The position numbers were made by a program, and so were the translations under genes. From an uncultured Gammaproteobacteria bacterium (lineage in GTDB: Bacteria; Patescibacteriota; Patescibacteriia; Magasanikbacterales; UBA922), in NCBI GenBank assembly GCA_964550845.1, contig CAZKAD010000001.1:197750-259314 (forward strand): a DNA stretch of 61,565 nt, read 5' to 3'. Under the pieces are notes generated by a model that saw only the letters and a program-made list of their open reading frames with translations, searched no databases and was not told where the DNA came from. Of the stretch, positions 53,350 through 60,274 are shown piece by piece. Within the stretch, counting starts at the first letter, position 1. The number at the start of each line of letters is the position of its first letter.

Positions 53350-53399
53350 TATGTCCAGATGGCTAAAGGAAAGAATTGTCCATCCAAAGAAAAATTCGA

Positions 53400-55046
53400 A
53401 TGCGGAAGCAAGAAGAGTTGGAATTTGAGCTTGTTCGACTCCCACACAGGCGGAAAATAGAACCCCCCTTGTTCCCAAAAATGCCACAACTCTATCTTGA
53501 TCTGCTTGGAAACACGAAGAAGATGAAGAAAGATTATGTACATTCTGGTAAGGAATTTGTTCCAAACTATGATAAAGCTCCCTTCCCCAACTATTTTCAA
53601 AGTTCTAATTTTGATTATCAACCTGCCAAACGAGAAATTGACGACAGTAATTTTAATATTGACGATAAGGATGAACAAGAAAAGAATGACCATAGCCAAA
53701 CCGAAAAGTCTAATGACCGCGAAGATAAAAAGCAAAATAGTAATATTCATGACATTTTTCAAAAAGCAAGAGATCGTCACCGAGACAAAGATCGGGAAGG
53801 AGATCTGGAAGGAGATAAAGACCGACATCGGGACTCGAGAGACAAAGATCGAGACTCGAGAGATCGGCATCGAGACAAAGATCGAGAAAGAGATAAAGAC
53901 CGACATCGAGACTCGAGAGATCGGCATCGAGACAAAGATCGAGACTCGAGAGATCGGCATCGAGAAAGAGATAAAGACCGACATCGAGACAAAGATCGAG
54001 ACTCGAGAGATCGGCATCGAGACAAAGATCGAGACTCGAGAGAAAAAGACAGACATCGAGATTCAAGAGACCGTCATCGAGATTCAAGAGATTCAAGAGA
54101 CCGACATCGAGATTCAAGAGACGGAGATGATTCGGATAGAAACGAACACGGCGACCCTCTTACGGATTTTCTTCAAGGAACAAGACACATTCGCCACACA
54201 AAGGACGCGAGAACACATGTTTCAACTGTCTCCTCAAAGCCGGCTAACAGAATGCCTCCTTCTCTCACAGAAATCGAAGAGGGTGGAGCTTTTAGTGGAG
54301 GTATTCGCAATTTGAATTATGTCTCGAAACAAACCCTTGAAGAGGAAGCGAAACTTCGAGAATATTTGTTCAAATGGGAATTGATTCGTAATGCGAACAA
54401 AGATAAAGCCGCCGAACTTCCTAAGTTTACCATACACAATAAATTGGATCAAGTTGTATCTGCTTATGATGACTGGAATCGAAAGACGCAAATTCCTATC
54501 GTGATTAATCGCTATCGAAAGTGGCTAATTGGAAGTTTCCATGCTATTCAATGGCTTGCCCCTACAATAGGTCTTGATATGTCAGGATTTGTTGAACAAC
54601 AAAAAGAAGAAATGGACGAATATGAAAAATTGTTGATTGAACTTGGTGAAAAATCTTGGATGCCTAAATCGAGTTGGCCAGTAGAACTACGTATTGTTCT
54701 TGCTGTACTCGGTTCGGCTCTTTCGTTTGCTGCCCAGAAATTGGTAATTGATACTATTATGGGTGGAGAATCCAAGTCCGGACAACCCGGACAGCCAATA
54801 ACTCCTCCAAAACCTCAAAATATTTCAAAACCTATGCCCAAACCTTCAATTAAGCTTGCAGACTTGCCTGGAGCAAAGAAACAAGAAGAGAAAAAACCTT
54901 TAGCGATACCCGAAAAGGCGGCTCTAAATACTCAAAATACTCCGAGCACTTCGACCACTCAAAATGGAAAGAATAATTCGCCTCCACTCGAAGAAAAGAA
55001 ATCTGAGCCAGATAAAAAGCCGGTCATTCCAGTTAAACGTTCCTAA
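53400..55046 (+). CDS. Arg/Asp (RD) dipeptide-repeat protein with a C-terminal hydrophobic segment
   Basis: ORF 53376..55046 trimmed to the first ATG. About 120 aa of DRHRDKDRDSRD repeats are followed by a non-repetitive region with VELRIVLAVLGSALSFAAQKLVI and a Pro/Lys-rich tail. Confidence 0.7.
   Translation: MRKQEELEFELVRLPHRRKIEPPLFPKMPQLYLDLLGNTKKMKKDYVHSGKEFVPNYDKAPFPNYFQSSNFDYQPAKREIDDSNFNIDDKDEQEKNDHSQTEKSNDREDKKQNSNIHDIFQKARDRHRDKDREGDLEGDKDRHRDSRDKDRDSRDRHRDKDRERDKDRHRDSRDRHRDKDRDSRDRHRERDKDRHRDKDRDSRDRHRDKDRDSREKDRHRDSRDRHRDSRDSRDRHRDSRDGDDSDRNEHGDPLTDFLQGTRHIRHTKDARTHVSTVSSKPANRMPPSLTEIEEGGAFSGGIRNLNYVSKQTLEEEAKLREYLFKWELIRNANKDKAAELPKFTIHNKLDQVVSAYDDWNRKTQIPIVINRYRKWLIGSFHAIQWLAPTIGLDMSGFVEQQKEEMDEYEKLLIELGEKSWMPKSSWPVELRIVLAVLGSALSFAAQKLVIDTIMGGESKSGQPGQPITPPKPQNISKPMPKPSIKLADLPGAKKQEEKKPLAIPEKAALNTQNTPSTSTTQNGKNNSPPLEEKKSEPDKKPVIPVKRS
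53766..54125. repeat. coding tandem repeats (gatcgagactcgagagatcggcatcgagacaaa type)
   Basis: Encodes the DRHRDKDRDSRD repeats. Several frames stay open on both strands. Confidence 0.85.
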
Positions 55047-55060
55047 TGGGCTGGTCGAAA
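55032..55060 (+). repeat. degenerate GTTAAAC-element copy holding a stop codon
   Basis: gttaaacgttcctaatgggctggtcgaaa. TAA 55044..55046 ends 53400..55046. Confidence 0.5.
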
Positions 55061-55087
55061 TAAAATAAAATTTTCTTCTTTTTTGAA

Positions 55088-55624
55088 ATGGGATCATCGA
55101 CAAAGAAACGACAGAGTAAAAACACGGAGAGGAAGTCGAGACGAAAACGGACTTCAGGCCGAAAAAAGAAAAGTAAGCTTCGAAGTCCTTCACATCGAAA
55201 AAGGACAAAGAGCAAGCTTCGAAGTCCTTCACATCGAAAAAGGACAAAGAGCAAGCTTCGAAGTCCTTCACATCGAAAAAGGTCTTCGTATGGAAAAGCA
55301 TTTGCAATAGTTAAGTTCGAACTATTCGACGAAAGTACTCAGCTCAAATATCCTCCACAAGGAGATGAAATTCGAAAGTGGTACGATCAATTATTTGCTA
55401 AAATATCACCAATGTACAATGATTTGAACAAGGATGTTTATCTCCTCTCGAAAAGATGGCTAAGTGATGCTGAACTGAAGCTAACTTTTGTCACATCACT
55501 GAAAGATCAATCAGAAGTTGATACATTACTTGAACTTTTAACGGATCTTGATGATGACGGAAATTATCCAATTCGGGGAATGTTAGTCATACCAAAGGTC
55601 TTATCAATTGAATATTCATTTTGA
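55088..55624 (+). CDS. protein with basic KLRSPSHRKRTKS x3 N-terminus and a globular C-terminus
   Basis: 178 aa. A 39-bp tandem repeat at 55175..55284 encodes the basic repeats. Confidence 0.7.
   Translation: MGSSTKKRQSKNTERKSRRKRTSGRKKKSKLRSPSHRKRTKSKLRSPSHRKRTKSKLRSPSHRKRSSYGKAFAIVKFELFDESTQLKYPPQGDEIRKWYDQLFAKISPMYNDLNKDVYLLSKRWLSDAELKLTFVTSLKDQSEVDTLLELLTDLDDDGNYPIRGMLVIPKVLSIEYSF
55175..55284. repeat. 39-bp coding tandem repeat x2.8
   Basis: aagcttcgaagtccttcacatcgaaaaaggacaaagagc. Confidence 0.9.
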
Positions 55625-55657
55625 AAAAATTTTTTCTTCTCTTCCAAAACAAAACGA

Positions 55658-55933
55658 ATGGCGAAATCAAAATCGAGATCGCGGCGATCAAAATCGCGAC
55701 GATCGAAGAGTAAATCTCGATCAAAGCGATCAAAGAAGTATTCTTGCAAACGTGTCAAGCCAAAGAAGCGAAGCAAGTCGAAGAAATCGAAGCGAGCAAA
55801 GAAATCAAAGAAGGAGAAGGTTGAATCAACTCAGTCTCATTCTTTGTTGGCTAGATTGTCACGCACGAGTGCGAGCGCTGCACCTGCAGACGCGCCAATT
55901 GAATGGAAAGCAGGAGTAAATTGGGTAAAGTAA
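55658..55933 (+). CDS. very basic Lys/Ser/Arg-rich small protein (protamine/SR-like composition)
   Basis: 91 aa beginning MAKSKSRSRRSKSRRSKSKSRSKRSKK...KSKKSKRAKKSKKEK. Hairpin 55943..55970 lies downstream. Confidence 0.65.
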   Translation: MAKSKSRSRRSKSRRSKSKSRSKRSKKYSCKRVKPKKRSKSKKSKRAKKSKKEKVESTQSHSLLARLSRTSASAAPADAPIEWKAGVNWVK

Positions 55934-55941
55934 AAAATTGA
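55934..55941 (+). promoter_or_regulatory. AAAATTGA octamer
   Basis: 66 nt upstream of the Skp1-like ATG 56007. Confidence 0.6.
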
Positions 55942-55942
55942 T

Positions 55943-55970
55943 TTTTTATCTGGGGTTTCCCAGATAAAAA
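55943..55970. terminator. hairpin downstream of 55658..55933
   Basis: Arms tttttatctggg / cccagataaaaa, loop gttt. Confidence 0.6.
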
Positions 55971-56006
55971 TAACAAAATAACATAAATCTTAATCTCACA
56001 ATCGAA

Positions 56007-56624
56007 ATGTCTACTGAAGAACAAAAGATCGAAACGTCTACTAACGAACAAAAGATGGAAATTGAAGGACTTGATGCTGGAGTACAAGATGATTTCATCA
56101 AATTGAATTGTCGGGATAAAGTAATCGTTTCTGTGCATAGAAGAGCCTGTAGACTGTCTTCCTTGTTTCGAGGTTTACTCGAAACTCAGCCATGTGCGCC
56201 CGAGCATGAGGTTAAACAGATCGACTCTCATATCATGAAGCTAATTGTTGAATATCTTGAACATTATCGATACGAAGAACCGAAGATTCTGGAACCTCCA
56301 TTGAAGACTCCTGATCTAAAGGATCACGCCTCGGAATGGGATTGCAAGTTTGTTGCATACGACACCCCCGAACAGATGGGAACTTTTCTGACGCTGCTCA
56401 ATGCGGCAAATTTCTTGGAAATTATTTCGCTGAGAAATCTTTGCTGTGCAAAGTTCGCCACATTTCTCAAAACTAAAAATGTTGATGCATTGAAGGCATT
56501 GTTTAATGTGAAAGCCACGTTGACTCCCAAAGAAGAAAACGAAATTCGAAAGAAGTACCCCGAATACTTTGCTTGGTTGAAGTCTTCGCAAGAGACAAAA
56601 ACCGAGAGTAAAGTTGACGAATAG
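56007..56624 (+). CDS. SKP1: Skp1-like protein
   Basis: 205 aa. IKLNCRDKVIVSVHRRACRLSSLFRGLL is a BTB/POZ-like N-terminus. EWDCKFV...TFLTLLNAANFLEIISLRNLCCAKFATFLKTKNVDALKALFNV..TLTPKEENEIRKKYPEYFAW is collinear with the Skp1 C-terminal dimerisation region. Confidence 0.85.
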   Translation: MSTEEQKIETSTNEQKMEIEGLDAGVQDDFIKLNCRDKVIVSVHRRACRLSSLFRGLLETQPCAPEHEVKQIDSHIMKLIVEYLEHYRYEEPKILEPPLKTPDLKDHASEWDCKFVAYDTPEQMGTFLTLLNAANFLEIISLRNLCCAKFATFLKTKNVDALKALFNVKATLTPKEENEIRKKYPEYFAWLKSSQETKTESKVDE

Positions 56625-56772
56625 CCGAACTCATTGATGTGTGTAAATTCGATAATAAAATGATTTTAATTCTTCTCGAAGAACTAAAAATAATACGTAC
56701 TACTTACTTAAAATAATCTTCAGATGAGAAAGTAAAGTTATGCTAACTTTTATTTTTATTCGAAGGATCAAT

Positions 56773-57153
56773 ATGTACCATTTTCTTAAGAATTGTTTTC
56801 CTTCGTTGACACGCAAAACATACAATTACACTGTCCGATCTCCAAGCTTTCAAGGATGGGTGATTGGAAAACATCAAAATATTGATGTCTGTTGCTGTGC
56901 CATATTCCGTAAAGGACCAAAAATAAAAATGGGCTTATTTGCGGTGCTTCCACACTATCAAAACAAAGGTTTTGGGAGAGAAATGTACAAATATCTCTGT
57001 AATCAATATCATTCTTTCCAATGGACAACTAACACACAAAAAGCATACAATTTTTGGATCAAATGCGGAGCCATATTAATTGATACTTACATTATGGATG
57101 GAGTTAAATACCATCTGTTCAAGAACGCGCCAGTCGAAGAAAAAAAGAAATAA
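56773..57153 (+). CDS. GNAT-family N-acetyltransferase-like protein
   Basis: Trimmed to ATG 56773. AVLPHYQNKGFGREMYKYL fits GNAT motif A (Q/R-x-x-G-x-G/A). Confidence 0.6.
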   Translation: MYHFLKNCFPSLTRKTYNYTVRSPSFQGWVIGKHQNIDVCCCAIFRKGPKIKMGLFAVLPHYQNKGFGREMYKYLCNQYHSFQWTTNTQKAYNFWIKCGAILIDTYIMDGVKYHLFKNAPVEEKKK

Positions 57154-57172
57154 TTTCCTTTGGGAAATTATT
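57149..57172. terminator. hairpin overlapping the stop of 56773..57153
   Basis: Arms aataatttcc / ggaaattatt, loop tttg. Confidence 0.6.
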
Positions 57173-57174
57173 AA

Positions 57175-57248
57175 TTAAACGTCCTTGAAGGACTTTTAAG
57201 CGTCCTCGAGAAGGACTTTTAAACGTTCTCGAAAAGAACTCTTTAAAA
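57175..57248 (+). repeat. GTTAAAC-hairpin element, tandem array (3 units)
   Basis: ttaaacgtccttgaaggactt, ttaagcgtcctcgagaaggactt, ttaaacgttctcgaaaagaactc, between convergent genes. Confidence 0.9.
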
Positions 57249-57470
57249 ATATTTTTCAACCTTATCCTGCATGCTGTCAGGCACAAAAAGATGGTATCCT
57301 CCATAGAGAACTCCTAGAGAACCTCCAATAATCATGACGGTATGAAGGAAAGTTAGAATATTCATTTGAGTACTGGCAACTTGTTGACCATTTCGGCATT
57401 TTCGTTCCGAGTCAAGAGCCAATGAGGCGTAGACAAGAATAAAAGCAGCGACAATAAAAACTGCAAGCAT
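57243..57470 (-). CDS. small two-TM membrane protein
   Basis: 75 aa with MLAVFIVAAFILVYASLAL and LHTVMIIGGSLGVLYGGY. Confidence 0.5.
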   Translation of the reverse strand: MLAVFIVAAFILVYASLALDSERKCRNGQQVASTQMNILTFLHTVMIIGGSLGVLYGGYHLFVPDSMQDKVEKYF

Positions 57471-57506
57471 TTTCCTTTGGAAGGAAGAAAAAAGAATTTT
57501 CTTTTT

Positions 57507-58034
57507 TCAGGGAATGATTGGCTCCGAGACACAATAGACATACCCGTTATTGAACAAATTTCCATTGGTGGTGAGAGAAAGGGTTTGCATACTGCCATTC
57601 AAAAAGAGAGAAATTTTACGCTGAACGAGTGTAAGCTTAATCTTCGGATTTCGTGTTGGTAAAATAACTTGCTGGGAAAATAAGTCATCAGGTCCCCGAA
57701 CCAAGTCGAAAATATGAGCCCCAATAAACTGTGTTGCTTCGGCTCGATCAAGACTAAGCAACATTTTTTGAACATCTTTCGGAAGTGAATCGTCCGGTAC
57801 AACCAGTAAAGTCACTTTTGCTTTCGGATCATTGAGAAGATCTGGAAAATGTGTTTTTTCAACAAGAGTTTTGTAGATGGAAAAATTTTTATCTTGAAGA
57901 GCACTGTAAATTGTCCCCGGTTGAGGAGTCCAAGCAAGATAAGGATTTTTTGCAAGTGCTCGATCAAAACGAAGTTCACCTACACTGGGAAACTCTTTCG
58001 ACCATTCTACGTTATACCCGCTGGTGACTGACAT
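57507..58034 (-). CDS. fasciclin (FAS1)-like domain protein
   Basis: 175 aa. VTLLVVPDDSLPKDV, FIGAHIF and the C-terminal NNGYVYCVSEPIIP resemble the FAS1 H1/H2 and NGV.H.ID.VL.P pattern. Confidence 0.55.
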   Translation of the reverse strand: MSVTSGYNVEWSKEFPSVGELRFDRALAKNPYLAWTPQPGTIYSALQDKNFSIYKTLVEKTHFPDLLNDPKAKVTLLVVPDDSLPKDVQKMLLSLDRAEATQFIGAHIFDLVRGPDDLFSQQVILPTRNPKIKLTLVQRKISLFLNGSMQTLSLTTNGNLFNNGYVYCVSEPIIP

Positions 58035-58088
58035 CTTTTACAGAAAAAGATTTTATTTTTCTACGAATAAAAGTTTGACCCCTTCTAA

Positions 58089-59306
58089 ATGTCTTCTTTT
58101 TGGCTTGAGGATCCAACAGAATTGTTCCGAAATTTGGAGCTTCTTCCAAATCCAGGGAGCAATATCGCGTCAAAGTTGAATGCGCTTACGAGATTGGCAG
58201 TTGTAGTCGGACTTGGAATTTATCTTCTTAATAAGGACTCAAAAGAGTCGAGCTCTCTCTGTATAATCACATTTGGTATTCTTCTTTTGTTCATCGTAAT
58301 CACTGCTTATTATTCAAAGAGTAAGGAAGGTTTCCGACCTCCTCCGATGCCAGTAGTTGAAAAGCCTACGCCAACATATCCTCTATCTTCACCAACCGTC
58401 AACCTCTCTGGATTGCAAGCAACCCCATTGTGGTATGATCCAAAATACGGAGCTGGACCAAAAGAATATCGAGACCCTCCAGTAATTCCACCAAATCCGG
58501 CTGATGCTAAATTTTGGGGAGGATTTCAATCGAGGATTAATGAACCTCGACCACAAATTATTCACTCGAATGTTGAAAGTGTTCTGTTCAAAAATGAACA
58601 ACCTTATTCACAGCGAATTAGCCTTCCCTCTCGACAGAGAAAAGGATTTAAAATTCTTGGTGGACCTCATCAAGACGAACCTGAAATTCCATTTGTTATT
58701 GATGACCAGGGACTAAACCCCCCGAATTACACTCGTATTCGAGGATATTCGATGCATGATCCGAGTGTTCCTCCTTATTCGAATCTTGAGCTATTATCAC
58801 CAAGTCAATCTTTTGTTCCGGGAGCTCAAGTCCCTTCGGGACGGTCTCAACTTCATGCTTATGATGACTTTGCAAATGTTTGGTCTGCCGGAAACACTGA
58901 CTTTTTGACCTCTAAGATGGCTATTCATCGTACTCATCCCGCGGTTGATACTGGAGAATTCCGTCAAGCTTCCACAATTGGTCTGGCAGATTCAATGTAC
59001 AATCCAACATTTAAACCGTTTGACCCGGCAAGCACTTATTTTAAGACCAGTAATAACCCTTATGACGGTTTGTTCATTGGACGAAGTCTAATTGAACACG
59101 TTGATATGCGAGCTCCAAATGGTGAAGTTCTTCCCGGTTATTTGAGAATGGGATTTACCAGCGACGACTTTATGGATGAAGCGACAAGTCGTCAAGAAGC
59201 AGATGAATTGTACTTTCGAGAAGCAATGGTTGCCGATGTTCGTGCTCGGATGAATGAGCGAGAGCAAGAATTCCGAATGGCACCTGTAATGAATCATTTC
59301 ATGTAA
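58089..59306 (+). CDS. membrane protein (two N-terminal hydrophobic segments, Pro-rich body)
   Basis: 405-aa ORF with LNALTRLAVVVGLGIYLL and LCIITFGILLLFIVITAYY. Confidence 0.75.
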   Translation: MSSFWLEDPTELFRNLELLPNPGSNIASKLNALTRLAVVVGLGIYLLNKDSKESSSLCIITFGILLLFIVITAYYSKSKEGFRPPPMPVVEKPTPTYPLSSPTVNLSGLQATPLWYDPKYGAGPKEYRDPPVIPPNPADAKFWGGFQSRINEPRPQIIHSNVESVLFKNEQPYSQRISLPSRQRKGFKILGGPHQDEPEIPFVIDDQGLNPPNYTRIRGYSMHDPSVPPYSNLELLSPSQSFVPGAQVPSGRSQLHAYDDFANVWSAGNTDFLTSKMAIHRTHPAVDTGEFRQASTIGLADSMYNPTFKPFDPASTYFKTSNNPYDGLFIGRSLIEHVDMRAPNGEVLPGYLRMGFTSDDFMDEATSRQEADELYFREAMVADVRARMNEREQEFRMAPVMNHFM

Positions 59307-59342
59307 AGTGAGAAGTGTAAAGTCCTAAGTAAAAGAAGCATA

Positions 59343-59350
59343 AAAATTGA
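59343..59350 (+). promoter_or_regulatory. AAAATTGA octamer
   Basis: 45 nt upstream of ATG 59395. Confidence 0.6.
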
Positions 59351-59351
59351 C

Positions 59352-59379
59352 TCTTTTCTTCTTTTGAAGGAAGAAAAGA
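59352..59379. terminator. hairpin downstream of 58089..59306
   Basis: Arms tcttttcttc / gaagaaaaga. Confidence 0.55.
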
Positions 59380-59394
59380 TTTAATTAATACCCG

Positions 59395-60129
59395 ATGTCA
59401 CATTCGCCCCAAAAAGGAAATAATCACTGGTCACCAGAATTTGAACGATCTCTCCGAGTCATACATGATTATTGTGCTGGATATAGTTGGATGTATTCGC
59501 GAGATATTCAAGTTTACACAAAATATTCTTATTATTTGTCAGGTGCAATTTTCTTGGTAAGTACTTTATCAAGTTTACTCAATACAATTCAAACTTCTTT
59601 TTCAATTGACGATAAAATTTTTGATGCAATCATCGTGATCGTCTCGTGGTTAACTGTAACATTTTATACCGCATCATACATTAAAGATTATTCAGCCGTG
59701 ATTAAAGAATTGAACAATCACAAAGCAGAATATGTCGATTTAGCCAATACGATTGATCGGCAACTTCAACTTCCACCCGAAGAAAGAGAAAATGTTGAAG
59801 ATTTTCATCGATGGATTTCGAGTTATTATCAATTACTTGGAAGATGGTCAGTCGAAATTCTACCTCGGACAGTAGAACAATATCGCGTTCATGCCCAAAA
59901 AGAAAATGTTCCCTTCCCGGACGAATTGATCGATTCCTCGAGTAAGAGATTGACTCAAAAGGAAAATGAAAAGAAGATTGATTTGTTGATTGACAAAGCA
60001 CTTGCGAATCAAGAACAGAAAGAAGAAAAGAAAGAAGAAAAGAAAGGGACCCTTCGTGATAAAGATAAAAAAGTTAACCTTTATCAGATTCAATATGAAC
60101 TCGAACGACTTCGAGGGCACGCCGATTGA
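59395..60129 (+). CDS. two-TM protein with a helical C-terminal region
   Basis: 244 aa with YYLSGAIFLVSTLSSLL and AIIVIVSWLTVTFYTASYI followed by a helical tail. AAAATTGA at 59343..59350. Confidence 0.7.
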   Translation: MSHSPQKGNNHWSPEFERSLRVIHDYCAGYSWMYSRDIQVYTKYSYYLSGAIFLVSTLSSLLNTIQTSFSIDDKIFDAIIVIVSWLTVTFYTASYIKDYSAVIKELNNHKAEYVDLANTIDRQLQLPPEERENVEDFHRWISSYYQLLGRWSVEILPRTVEQYRVHAQKENVPFPDELIDSSSKRLTQKENEKKIDLLIDKALANQEQKEEKKEEKKGTLRDKDKKVNLYQIQYELERLRGHAD

Positions 60130-60233
60130 CAAAGATTGAAATTTTAATCCATTATTTTGAAAGTATAGATAAAATTTGTTTAGTATATATACTAAATAAA
60201 TTAACTGCCTCAAAGATTGAATATTGATTAAGG

Positions 60234-60241
60234 AAAATTGA
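60234..60241 (+). promoter_or_regulatory. AAAATTGA octamer
   Basis: 34 nt upstream of ATG 60275. Confidence 0.6.
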
Positions 60242-60274
60242 TCCTTTTTTTCTTTCAATCGGAAAGGAAAGCGA

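Noticed and set aside
53293-54315. ORFs 53293..53565(-), 53343..54056(-), 53536..54315(+), 53710..54117(-) and 53777..54025(-)
   Set aside because: All are frames kept open by the RD-repeat DNA (gatcgagactcgagag...). They overlap the 53400..55046 gene, which alone continues into a long non-repetitive region.
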